From an uncultured Chloroflexia bacterium (GTDB lineage: Bacteria; Chloroflexota; Limnocylindria; QHBO01), in assembly GCA_963828485.1 (NCBI GenBank), contig CAWHEV010000006.1, positions 197,842 to 261,841 on the forward strand: a stretch of 64,000 bases of DNA. The letters run 5' to 3'. The notes under the pieces were generated by a model, which was not told where the DNA came from, searched no databases, and worked only from the letters and a program-made list of their open reading frames with translations. A program made the translations under genes and the position numbers. Shown here in pieces: positions 27,418-37,346 of the stretch (position 1 is its first letter; every line of letters starts with the position of its first letter).

Positions 27418-28281
27418 TCAGCTCCGCATCGTGGCTTCGTTGGCACCGATGGTAGCGAGCGCGAGCCGCGTGTCGCGCTCGCCGATCGCGACGGCTCGGT
27501 CGACCTGACCGAATTGCAGGGCGTTGAGCCGTCCGAGCCTCGGTGCGATGAGCAGGTCGGGAGGCTGGTTGACGACCGGGTCGGCCCAGCGCGCGGTGAG
27601 CAGTCCGAGGTAGCGCCGGGCGGTCAGCCGATCGCCGACGGATCCGGTGCCGAGCCTGCCGGAGACAGCGCGCAGCATCCGAGCCCCGACGGGGCTGGCG
27701 AGAAACGCCGGCTTCGGCGAGTCGACGTGCACGCCGATGACGGGCAGGTCCGGCGCCCACGCGCGAGCCAGGGTGACCGGGATTCCCTCCCACGGTCCTG
27801 CGTCGGACCAGACGCCGCCGGCATGGCGGCGCGGGGGAAAGAAGAGCGGCACGGCGATGCTCACCTCGAGCGCGTCGGCCAGGCGTCCGGTGGTGATGAG
27901 ACGCGGCCGGCCGCTGACGAGGTCGAAGACCGTGATGCCGAGCGGCGTCGGCAGCTCCTCGATGCGCGGGTCGCCGAGCTCGGCGCTGAGGCGAGCCAGC
28001 ACGGGGCGGGGGTCGAAGAGCGCCAGCCGGGCACGCTTGCCGACGAGGCGGTACACCGGCAGACGCCGAGCGCCTTCGAGGATCTCAGCCGGGGTTCGTC
28101 CCGCGGCGAGAGCGGCTCCGACGACGGCGCCCATGCTGGTGCCGACGATCCGGGTCGGATGCAGCCCTGCCTCGGCCAGAGCGCGCGCCACGCCGATGTG
28201 CGCGTAGCCGCGGGCGCCACCGCCACCCAGTGCCAGCGTGAAGCCGTCGGCCAGGCGGCGCGACGACTCAGTCGGCGGCAT
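27418..28281 (-). CDS. Patatin-like phospholipase
   Basis: LGGGGARGYAHIG, GTSMG, DAG. Confidence 0.9.
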   Translation of the reverse strand: MPPTESSRRLADGFTLALGGGGARGYAHIGVARALAEAGLHPTRIVGTSMGAVVGAALAAGRTPAEILEGARRLPVYRLVGKRARLALFDPRPVLARLSAELGDPRIEELPTPLGITVFDLVSGRPRLITTGRLADALEVSIAVPLFFPPRRHAGGVWSDAGPWEGIPVTLARAWAPDLPVIGVHVDSPKPAFLASPVGARMLRAVSGRLGTGSVGDRLTARRYLGLLTARWADPVVNQPPDLLIAPRLGRLNALQFGQVDRAVAIGERDTRLALATIGANEATMRS

Positions 28282-28597
28282 GCTCCGCGCACTCGCACAG
28301 CTCGCGGAGCCGTCCGTAGGTGAAGAGCCCGGTGTCGTGGCCGTCGGCCCAGATCGGCGCCAGGGCATAGCGACCGATCCAGCGCACCTCGTTCATCGTG
28401 GTCTGGCGCTCGTCGAACACGGTCTCGAGCGTCACCACGCCGGGAAGGCTTCCCTCGCCCGAGCAGAGCGCGCAGGGACATTCACGTCGCAGTGCCGGCC
28501 ACGACCACTCTCCCAGGTGCCCGTCGTCCCAGCGGATCCGCATTCGGCGCGCGGTCTCGTCGAGCTCCACGCCGATCGGGCTCACGAAGTCGGGCAT
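28268..28597 (-). CDS. DUF971 / GBBH-N-like zinc-binding protein
   Basis: WDDGH, LRRECPCALC, GRYAL..W.DGHDTG. Confidence 0.88.
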   Translation of the reverse strand: MPDFVSPIGVELDETARRMRIRWDDGHLGEWSWPALRRECPCALCSGEGSLPGVVTLETVFDERQTTMNEVRWIGRYALAPIWADGHDTGLFTYGRLRELCECAEHAAD

Positions 28598-28599
28598 GA

Positions 28600-31064
28600 T
28601 CAGCCGGCCTCCCAGCGCGGGGCAGCGCCGCGCCACTCGGGGCCGAATGCCGCGCCGGTGTTCGTGATCTGCATCGGTTCGGCGACCGTATCGAGGTCCC
28701 ACAGGAACAGGTCCTGGAGGACGCCGCCGCCCGAGGCCGACCGGCCAACGGTGAAGACGACCCTGTCGTTGCCCGGCGACCATCGCAGGTGGCTCACCAG
28801 GCCGGGTGCCGTGGTGCGCGAAATCTCGTCGTCACTCTCGTCGAGATACTTGAGGACGGTGGCGGAGCCATCCTCGTTGGCGGTGACGGAGATCCGATGC
28901 GTCCCCCCGCCGTCGACGAGTACCGGCAGCTCGTTCCCATCGAGATCCGTGGTGTCGCCGCTCTCCGGATCGATCTCCCAGGTGCTCGCGCCAAGCACCC
29001 AGAGCCGAAGCGATCCGTCGCTCATCCAGTGGAGCCGGACCGTGCCGCCGTCATCGCTGAACTGGGCCTCCGGCAGGGCGGCCTCCGCGCCGATGGTCGG
29101 GCGCGCATAGGTCACGCTCGTCACCTCGGTCGAGTCGCCCGATTCGAAGTCGACCGCCAGCACGGTGGCGATGTCGTTGCCGCCGTCGGCGGTGACGCGC
29201 ACGGCATACACGGTGGACGCATCGGGACCGAAGGTGATGGTCATGAGCCCCTCGCCGAGGTTGCGCTTGGACTCGCCGACCTCGATGGAGACGAGGATGT
29301 CGGCGAGCAGGCCGGCACCCACCGTGCCGTCAGGCGCCCACGTGAAGCGGCGCACGTCGATGGTCGGGTCCTGGGCGAGCACCGACGCCTCGTCCTCGGT
29401 GGTGAAGTCGTGGAGAAGGAGGTAGATGGGGGCGAGGGCGGCCGCCCGGCCCTGGTAGATCATCTCGAGCGGGCCATAGGCCGGCACCGATGGCGGCGTG
29501 GGCGTTGGCGCGGCGGTCGCGCTGGCGCCCGCGCTCCCGGCGGCCGACGCCGTGGGGCGTGCCGTGGCCGTGGACACGGCGCCGGCGGCGCTGGATGCCG
29601 GCGACGGGCTCGGTCCAGCCAGTGACTGGTCGCCGGCGAAGATGAGGGCCAGCAGCACGATCACCATGCCCGCCAGCAGCAGGATCAGGCCGATGAGCCA
29701 TGGCACCGCCTGCTCGGCCGTGGTGGTGTCCACCTCCGGCTCGACGTCGGGCTCCACCCGCTCGCCGAGGGAGGTGCGAAGGTCGCCCGCCACCGGCTCG
29801 AGCTCGGCGGCGGCCTCGGTCTCCGATGCGGGCGGCGGTGGCGGTGGCGGGGTCCAGTCGGTCGGCAGCACCCGGGTCGAGGTGTCGCTCTCGGGCCAGT
29901 CGGGCTGAGGCCAGAGCTCTTCGTCGGGCGGGACGGTGTCGGGTGCCGCCTCCGGAGTGGGGGTGACGTAGGGAGTGACCTCCGGGCTTGCTTCAGGAGC
30001 AACCTCGGGGGCGGCCTCGTGCAGTGCGGCTGCGGCAATCGCCACCTCCGGCACATCGACGACGCGCGCATCGGGCACATCGGCGGCCTCGGGCAGGTCG
30101 GTCGCCTCGTCCTCCTCGAATGCCTCGTCTGCCTCAGGCTCCTCGACTTCGCCGGGGTCCGCATCGGCCCCGGCAGCGCGCGCGTCCTGATCGGCGACCA
30201 GGAACGGAGGCACCGCCGCGAAGGACTCTGCCTCCACGGCGTCCTCGGCCTCACGCTCGGCCTCGGCATCGACGTCGAGGAACGGGGGCACGGCGGCAAT
30301 GGGACCGACATCGAGCCAGCTGGCGGGCTCCTGCTCTCCGGCGGTGGGTGTCTCTGGCTCCGCAGCGGCACCGGCGGCGGCAGGGCAGCGGCCGCGGCAG
30401 CGGCATCATCGGAAGGCGGCTCAGGTTCGGGCTCCGGCTCGACCGACGGCGCTGGCTCGGGCAGGGGCTCGGCGAGCCAATCGGGAAGCACGGGTGCGGG
30501 GACTTCGACCGGCGCCTCCGAGCCGGGCCTGCTCCAGGTGCCGAACGCGGCGGGCGGTGGCGCGTCGGCAAGCCCTCCGGGTGCCTCCTCGCCTCGCGCC
30601 TCGGTGGGCTCGGGCTCCGAGGTGGGCGGTTCAGGCTCGGTCGCCTCGGGCTCGTACGCCTCGGACTCGTACGGCTCGGGCTCGTCGACCGCCGGCTCGT
30701 ATGGCGCCGGCGCAACGCTCGGCGGCTCCGGCGCAACGCTCGGCGGCTCCGGCGTGGGCTCAGGTGCCGACGGCGCCACAGGCTCCCACGCCGGGGCATC
30801 GGCCGGCGCAGCGGCGGCCTCGTCGTCCCACGACTCCGCCCAGAGATCCTGGGACGGGCCGGGCTCGACGTACGGTTCGTCGGGGGGCGGGGCGGCAGGT
30901 GGCCAGTCATCCCAGCCAGGCTCGCGCCTCGACTCCTGCCACGGATCGGCAGGCGACCACGGCTCCGCTGGTTGGGCGTTACTGGGAGGCGACTCGCGGT
31001 CCTGGTCGGGTCGATCGCGGTCGTCGGGGTCCTGAGATGACGGCCGATCCCACGGTCCGCTCAC
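28600..31064 (-). CDS. Large bitopic membrane protein: acidic Pro/Glu-rich N-terminus, one TM, C-terminal beta-propeller-like domain (frameshift near 30300-30360)
   Basis: ORFs 29685..31064 and 28600..30291; TM VPWLIGLILLLAGMVIVLLALIF; WAPDG, FGPDA, WSPGN repeats. Confidence 0.7.
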
Positions 31065-31161
31065 GCGCGGCCCCTGCTGGGTTCACGGCTCACGCCGGGA
31101 TGATAGCGAACGATCGCGCGCTTGGCCTTGGCCGGCATTCGGCGAAGGCTACCCCGACCGC

Positions 31162-31365
31162 TCAGTCGGAGGCGGCCCACATGATGATTCCGACCGTGAA
31201 GACGCCCGTGACGAGGCCGATGAAGGCCGCGGTTCCCTCGGGCCCCTGCCCCTCGATGGTGGGCATCGTCGCGTTGATGATCGGCAGGCCGACCATCATG
31301 TAGACGAGCCACAGGACGGTGGCCACGCCGGCGATGACGGCCCGGCGGTTGCGATCTCGAACCAT
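31162..31365 (-). CDS. Small two-TM membrane protein
   Basis: MVRDRNRRAVIAGVATVLWLVYMM...; TAGGAT -10 eight nt upstream. Confidence 0.65.
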   Translation of the reverse strand: MVRDRNRRAVIAGVATVLWLVYMMVGLPIINATMPTIEGQGPEGTAAFIGLVTGVFTVGIIMWAASD

Positions 31366-31390
31366 GCAGGCGGATCCTAGCAGACCGATT

Positions 31391-32161
31391 TCAGCGGGTT
31401 GCCGCGAGCCGGGCGCGCTCGGGGACGCGGTGGAAGAGACCTTCGTCTGCACGCCCGTCGAGCATGCGGAGCTTGGCGGCAGCGGCCAGTCCGAGGGTCA
31501 CGAGGTGCCCATCGGCGCCGTTGGCCGAGACCCGTCGGAGCGTCATCGTCCCGATGTGCTCGGCCACCTCGACGACCTCGAAGATGTTGCCGGGCCGTAC
31601 CCCGTTCTCCTGGAGGAAGGTCAGAAGGCGTGCGTCCTCCTCCGCCTCCTCGGTCACGCGCAGGATGGTGACATCGTGCCCGGTCTCGGCCTCGGACAGC
31701 GGTCGTCCGGCAGGGCGCTCCGGCGTGCGGCCATCTCGAGGGATCGGGTTGCCATGCGGGCAGGTCGGCGGCCTTCCCAGGAGGTCGTCGATCCGGTCGG
31801 TCACGCGGTCGCTGAGCGCGTGCTGGAGATGGTGCGCCTCCTCGTCGGCCTCCGCCCAGCCGAGCCCGACGACCTCGGTCAGGAGCCACTCCGACAGCGC
31901 GTGGCGCCGGAAGGTTCGCTCGGCGGCCTCGCGCCCCGCGGGCGTCAGGTTGAGCTGGCGGGTCTCCGGGTCGACGCTCAGGAGCGACTCGCGCACGAGA
32001 CGCGTGACCATCTCGCTGACGGTCGCCGCGCTGACCCGCAGCCGCTCGGCCAGCCGGGCGGCGATCACCGGCTGACCCTCGCCGTGCATGTAGCGGATCG
32101 TCATCAGGTACTCGGCCGCCGCCTCGGTCGGCTCGGCCAGGGCCGTGGGGTGCTGCGCCAT
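31391..32161 (-). CDS. DtxR/MntR family metal-dependent repressor with FeoA-like domain
   Basis: EYL, ATVSEM, RRHALSE, EEAHHLQH, CPHGNPIP. Confidence 0.92.
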   Translation of the reverse strand: MAQHPTALAEPTEAAAEYLMTIRYMHGEGQPVIAARLAERLRVSAATVSEMVTRLVRESLLSVDPETRQLNLTPAGREAAERTFRRHALSEWLLTEVVGLGWAEADEEAHHLQHALSDRVTDRIDDLLGRPPTCPHGNPIPRDGRTPERPAGRPLSEAETGHDVTILRVTEEAEEDARLLTFLQENGVRPGNIFEVVEVAEHIGTMTLRRVSANGADGHLVTLGLAAAAKLRMLDGRADEGLFHRVPERARLAATR

Positions 32162-32164
32162 ACG

Positions 32165-32695
32165 CTAGAGTGCCCCACCGGCGGCGGGCGGCGCGGCCTT
32201 GTCCACGCCTGAGTCACCTATCTGCGTTCGAGCCAGGTAATCCTCGGCGAGGAGGATGCTCGATGCCAGTGCGCGCTCGACCGTCACCAGCAGGTCGGCC
32301 ATCGAGCTCATCTCCTCGAGCTGCTCCTTGAGGAACCACGCCAGGAACTGCTCGCCGACGAGGTCGCCCTCCGCCCGCGCCAATTGGGCGAGGTGCTCGA
32401 TCTGCTCGGTGACGTCCTGCTCCTGCTTGAGGGCCATCCGGACCGGCTCGAGATGATCCGCGAACGTCACGACCGGCGCGGACACCGGCGGGATCGTCAC
32501 CGTCTTCTGCGCGTCGAGGAGGTACTGCACGATGATCATCGCGTGGTTGCGCTCCTCCACCGCCTGGCGGTAGAAGTGCGCGGCCAGCTGCGGGAGCGTC
32601 TCGCCGTCGTAGAACGTGGCTATCGCGATGTACTGCTGGCTCGCGGCGAACTCGTTGGCGAGCTGCTCGTTGAGCGCATCGGTGAACTTCGACAT
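32165..32695 (-). CDS. ftnA: Ferritin
   Basis: EFAASQQY, QAVEERNHA, QEQDVT, QFLAWFLKEQLEE ferroxidase residues. Confidence 0.9.
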   Translation of the reverse strand: MSKFTDALNEQLANEFAASQQYIAIATFYDGETLPQLAAHFYRQAVEERNHAMIIVQYLLDAQKTVTIPPVSAPVVTFADHLEPVRMALKQEQDVTEQIEHLAQLARAEGDLVGEQFLAWFLKEQLEEMSSMADLLVTVERALASSILLAEDYLARTQIGDSGVDKAAPPAAGGAL

Positions 32696-32857
32696 GGGGC
32701 CTCCGAGCGGGTCGGCTGACGGGATGATGGTACCCGCCCGAGACGGGGCACGCCGAGGTGAGCCGATCGGGTGAAGTACCCTACGGCCACGCCAAGCCAG
32801 AGCATCGAGGTCCGCCGTATGCGCGCGAGACCGTTGCTCGCACGGAGGAATCTACCA

Positions 32858-33350
32858 ATGCGATGGACCCGAGCCCTCGTCGCTGCGCTCTTTCTGATCG
32901 TCGTTGCCGCGTGCAGCTCGCCCGCGGCGAGCCAGCCCGACGATGGTGACAACGGAGACGGGGCGGATCGAGCAACCCACCCGCCGCCAGCCAGGCGGCA
33001 GCCAGCCAGGACGACGGCGATGACGGTGGACGGTGGGGAGCGCCGGAAACGTCGAGGACGTCTACAACGCACTCATCCCGCCGAACTCGACCGAAACGTC
33101 GAAGACCACGGCGAGCGGTGCGGTCTTCGGCACGTATACGTCGACCGACTCGATCGAGAGCCTCGTGAGCCACTACGAGTCGGCCATCCCCGAGACCGGG
33201 ATGGAGATCTTCAGCACATCGACCGCAGGAGGCGGCACCAGCTGGGTCTTCGCTGAGAGCGAGGGTGCCAGCTTCGGTGGCTCGGTCGCGGTCGCCCCGA
33301 ACTCCGATGGAGAGGGAACGGCGGTCATCATCACCGTCACAGGCGAGTAG
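32858..33350 (+). CDS. Predicted lipoprotein (frameshifted)
   Basis: MRWTRALVAALFLIVVAAC lipobox; C-terminal domain in ORF 33033..33350. Confidence 0.65.
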
Positions 33351-33371
33351 CCCTCCCTCGCCCGCGCTCCA

Positions 33372-33401
33372 GGGACTCCCCGCACGATGCGGGGAGTTCC
33401 T
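33372..33401. terminator. Hairpin between convergent genes
   Basis: actccccgca-cga-tgcggggagt. Confidence 0.6.
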
Positions 33402-33406
33402 CATCT

Positions 33407-36400
33407 CTAGGGCGCGCCCGGCGGGAGCTGGGGCCGGCGCGCTCGCCGGTGCGCGAACGCGAGGCGATTCACAGCGCCCAGCACGAGGCCGACGCCCATC
33501 AGGAACAGGAGGCCGCCGGTTGAGAGGGGCAACGGTGGAGCGTGTGCTGTGTTCGGGAGCTCTTCGTCGTCCTCGATGACCCCGAAGTCGGCGTCGAGGA
33601 AGATGTCGCCCTCGGCCACGGTCACCTCGTAGCTGCCAGGTGTGGTCAGCGTGCTCCCGATCGAATCCATGTCGAGCACGACGGTGTAGTCGCCGGGAGG
33701 ACCCTGGACCCGGTAGTGCCCATCGGCGTCGCTCGTCGCGATCTGCTCCTCGCCCGTCGCGTCGTTGGTAATGGAGATCCGAGCACCGGCGATCCCGGGC
33801 TCACCCGCGTCCTGCACCTGGTTGCTGTTGGGGTCCTCCCACACCAGGTCGCCGATGGTCGCCGGCAGGGGACCGGCGGCCGTGTAGTTGGCCGGATCCT
33901 CGTCGCTCACGGGCTCTTCGAGCAGGTCCAGACCAGTGACCGTGGCGATGTTCGTGTGCAGGCCGGCGACAGCGGTTGACGACGCCTCATACGTCCACGT
34001 CTCCCCGGGGTCGAGGTCGGCATCGAGGTCGCCGTCGTCGGTGACCAGGACAGGGACCAGGCCCTGATCGTCAACCAGGACCACATCGCGGATGAGGATG
34101 TTGCCGGGGTTGGTGACCTCGTAGATCCAGGTGATCGCGTCATTCGCCTCGAGCTCGATCCCGGGCGCCTCATCGGCGTCCTCGCCATTCACGTACTTCT
34201 CGACGTGGATCTCCGAGATGAACCCGAAGTAATGCGAGGGGTCGTCATCCGAGACGTCGCCGACCTGGCTCGTTGCCGACGCGGTGCCGAGGTTCGAATA
34301 CTGCCCGAGCTGGGCGGTCCCGGACGCGGTGCAGGTGACCGATTCACCCGCGGGAATGGTCGTCGCAGGACAGGTCACTTCGACTCCCTGGTCATCGGTC
34401 ACCACGAGGCCGGTGAGCGCCGCGGTCCCCGTGTTCGTGACGATGTAATTCCACGTCACGTCGTCGTCCACTGGGATGAAGAGGCCTGTCGGCTCGTCGG
34501 AATCGGAGCCATTGGTGAACTTCTGGAGATCGATCTCCGGCACGCCGCCAAAGTAGTGCGACGGATCCTCGTCGCGGACCACGACACCGATCGGGTCGGT
34601 TCCCTCAACGGACGCGAGGTTGGTGTACTGGTCCGCCACCGCGAGGGCGGATCCCGTGCATGTCATGGAGTTCGAGCCCGCGGTCGGTGGCAGCGTGTCA
34701 CTCGGACAGCTCACGACCACGCCGCCATGATCGATCACCTCGATGCCGGAGAGGACGGAGTTACCGGTGTTCGTCACGACGTAGGTCCAGTTCACCGTCG
34801 ACCCGACCAACACGTACGGCCCGGGTGCCTGGTCGGCGTCCTCGCCGTTCGTGAACTTCTCGATGTCGATGTTGCCCTCGACCCCGAAGTAGTTCGCCGG
34901 ATTGCTGTCGGTCACGACCGTGCCGGCCGGGCTCGTGGCCGTCACGGTGCCGATGTTCTCGTGCTGGCCGGCGACCGCCAGCGCGCTTCCATGGCAGAAG
35001 ACCACCCGGCCGACCCCCAGAATTCCGAGGCGCGGGCACCCGGGTCCGGCATCCAGGGCCTGGTCGTCTGTCACCTCCCACGCGATGAGTGGGACGTTGC
35101 CCGTGTTCTCGATGCGATAGATCCACGTCACGACCTCACCGACGGAGAACAGGGGTCCAGTCGGATCGTCGGCCGGGTCGGTGCCGGTGAGCTTCTCGAT
35201 CGTGACGTCCGGCGCCTCGCCGAAGTAGTGCGACGCATCGGAGTCCTGGACTACTGTCCCCTCGGTGTCCTCCCCGGTCACCGAGCCAATGTTCTCGTAC
35301 TGGCCAGCGGTGGCGGTCGCGGCCGGTGCCGTGCAGGGCATCGAGTTCGCCCCGGGTGCCGGCGGCAGGGTGTCACTCGGGCACGTGACCGCGACCCCCT
35401 GGCTGTCCGTGACGACGATGTCGTTGATCGTCGTGTCGCCGGTGTTCGTGACGACGTACGTCCAGTTCACCGTGCCGCCGACCGCAATGAGCGGTCCGGG
35501 AGCGAGGTCAGCGTCCACGCCGTTCGTGGCCTTCTCGATGTCGATGCCGGCCACCACGCCGACGTAATGCGACAAGTCGCTGTCCGTGACCACGGTGCCG
35601 AAGGGATCGGTGCCGGACACCGCTCCCGTGTTTTCGTATTGGCCCTGGATGGCGTCGCCAACCACCTCGCAGGTGTCGCTCTCGCCCGGCGCGAGCTCGG
35701 TGGCGCATCCGGTGACGGGGGTCGGGGTGCCGGCGCCGACGGTGTCGGTGATCGCGACCCCGGAGAGGGTGACGTTGCCCGTGTTGGTGATGGCGTAGGT
35801 CCAGGTCACCTCGTCCCCGTCGACAATCGGCACGAATGGCCCGGTCGGGTCGTCCGCGTCATCACCGTTCGTCGACTTCTCGATGTCGATGGAGGGCGCG
35901 GGCGGCGCACGGTTGATCATCTGGCAGGTGACGATGGCCCCGGTCGAGACGTTGGCGGTGAAGCCGCCCACGACGGCGGTGATCGGCAGGGGCCGATCGG
36001 CCGGTTGGGTGGCCGTTCTGAACGTACACGAGGTGTCGGCCGGATCGTTCTCGAACCCGGGAGGAGGCGGGACGCCGGCGGGATCTTCCTCGGTGACCGT
36101 GATGGTCTGGAGGCCCGACGATGACGGCCGCCAATCGAAGGCGACGGATCCATCCCCGCCAGTCAGCCCCACTGCTGTGTTCTGGTTGGGCGGCGTGCCA
36201 GCCGGCTGTGCCCAGCTGACCGGAGTCGGGCTGACCACGCCGGTCATCTCCCAGCCGGCGCCCGGGATGAGGTCGGGCGCCTGACCGGGGAGATCGGGGT
36301 CCGGGGTCAGGTCGATGAACTTCTGCACGTTGACGACGGGCGCGCAGAGCGCGAAGGCCAGCTCCCGCAGGCCCTGCTCGAGCTCCGCGAAGTTCGGGAC

Positions 36401-37252
36401 ACGGTACACATCGGTCTGTGGCGTGAAGGCCTGGCCACTCGTGAGCACCTGCGGGCCGGAGACGTCGATGAGACGGTCAAGCGACTCGTCGCTGGTGAGC
36501 CCGCTGCCGACTGCGATCGCCAGGACGTGCGAGCCCATCGCCTTGAGCCCGTTCGCATTGGAAACGGCGCGATTCTTGGCCGTCGTGCTCCCGGCGTCGT
36601 CGGTCTCATCATCCTCGGTAAGGGGCACCTTGCGCTCGTACTCGTTCAGCGTGGCGCTGGCACTCCCCGGCAGGTACGTGACGTCGCCATTGGGCGGCGG
36701 ATTCTCGACGGTCGCGTTCGGGTCACCGTCGGTGATGAACACGGTGATGTGCGGTCGCGTCGCGCTCGGACGGGGCAGGAAGTAGCGACCGACGCGGAGG
36801 GCGTCCTCCCAGTTCGTGCTCCCACCCGGGTTGTAGTTGGTCGTGATGTACGGATTGAAGATCGTGCTGATCGAGTTGGGGGTTACGGACGTATAGGTCT
36901 GGCGCGCCGCTCCCGGCAAGGGGAGGTTCGCCGTCGACGAGAACTCGACGACGCCGATGCGCGATCCGGTGTTGTTCAGCGCGTTGTAGAACGCGCGGAA
37001 CGCGGCCCGGACGTTCGGGGCGTAGTTCCCCACCGAGCCCGACTCGTCGAGCACGACGAGCGCGTCCATCCCGCATGCCTGCTGCATGTCGGGGTTGGCG
37101 ATCGGGACCTGCGACTCGCCGGGGGCGGCGGTTACCAGGGTCGGAGCGACCGCGACCAGGGCCGCCGACAGCACCAGAAGTCCAGCGAGGGCCACGCGTA
37201 CCGCACGGGTCCCCCGCCGTCCAGTGCCCACGATGGCGCGGACGGGAGCCAT
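33407..37252 (-). CDS. Surface adhesin: signal peptide, VWA domain, six DUF11-like repeats, SdrD-B-like domain, LPNTA-TM-basic tail
   Basis: MIDAS DESGS, TNW, ITDG; IEKxTNG...WTYxVTNTGN repeats; IGDLVWED; ELPNTA. Confidence 0.88.
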   Translation of the reverse strand: MAPVRAIVGTGRRGTRAVRVALAGLLVLSAALVAVAPTLVTAAPGESQVPIANPDMQQACGMDALVVLDESGSVGNYAPNVRAAFRAFYNALNNTGSRIGVVEFSSTANLPLPGAARQTYTSVTPNSISTIFNPYITTNYNPGGSTNWEDALRVGRYFLPRPSATRPHITVFITDGDPNATVENPPPNGDVTYLPGSASATLNEYERKVPLTEDDETDDAGSTTAKNRAVSNANGLKAMGSHVLAIAVGSGLTSDESLDRLIDVSGPQVLTSGQAFTPQTDVYRVPNFAELEQGLRELAFALCAPVVNVQKFIDLTPDPDLPGQAPDLIPGAGWEMTGVVSPTPVSWAQPAGTPPNQNTAVGLTGGDGSVAFDWRPSSSGLQTITVTEEDPAGVPPPPGFENDPADTSCTFRTATQPADRPLPITAVVGGFTANVSTGAIVTCQMINRAPPAPSIDIEKSTNGDDADDPTGPFVPIVDGDEVTWTYAITNTGNVTLSGVAITDTVGAGTPTPVTGCATELAPGESDTCEVVGDAIQGQYENTGAVSGTDPFGTVVTDSDLSHYVGVVAGIDIEKATNGVDADLAPGPLIAVGGTVNWTYVVTNTGDTTINDIVVTDSQGVAVTCPSDTLPPAPGANSMPCTAPAATATAGQYENIGSVTGEDTEGTVVQDSDASHYFGEAPDVTIEKLTGTDPADDPTGPLFSVGEVVTWIYRIENTGNVPLIAWEVTDDQALDAGPGCPRLGILGVGRVVFCHGSALAVAGQHENIGTVTATSPAGTVVTDSNPANYFGVEGNIDIEKFTNGEDADQAPGPYVLVGSTVNWTYVVTNTGNSVLSGIEVIDHGGVVVSCPSDTLPPTAGSNSMTCTGSALAVADQYTNLASVEGTDPIGVVVRDEDPSHYFGGVPEIDLQKFTNGSDSDEPTGLFIPVDDDVTWNYIVTNTGTAALTGLVVTDDQGVEVTCPATTIPAGESVTCTASGTAQLGQYSNLGTASATSQVGDVSDDDPSHYFGFISEIHVEKYVNGEDADEAPGIELEANDAITWIYEVTNPGNILIRDVVLVDDQGLVPVLVTDDGDLDADLDPGETWTYEASSTAVAGLHTNIATVTGLDLLEEPVSDEDPANYTAAGPLPATIGDLVWEDPNSNQVQDAGEPGIAGARISITNDATGEEQIATSDADGHYRVQGPPGDYTVVLDMDSIGSTLTTPGSYEVTVAEGDIFLDADFGVIEDDEELPNTAHAPPLPLSTGGLLFLMGVGLVLGAVNRLAFAHRRARRPQLPPGAP

Positions 37253-37346
37253 GCCTACAGAGTAGGAGGCCGCCACAATGTGACCGTTGGCGGCTCACGA
37301 CCCCATGAGTACTACCGGCGTGGCGTCGCCGGGCGCCGTCGCTCGA

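Noticed and set aside
32740-32800. DtxR/IdeR box upstream of ferritin
   Set aside because: Only weak GC-rich dyads are present; no convincing match to the TTAGGTTAGGCTAACCTAA-type consensus.
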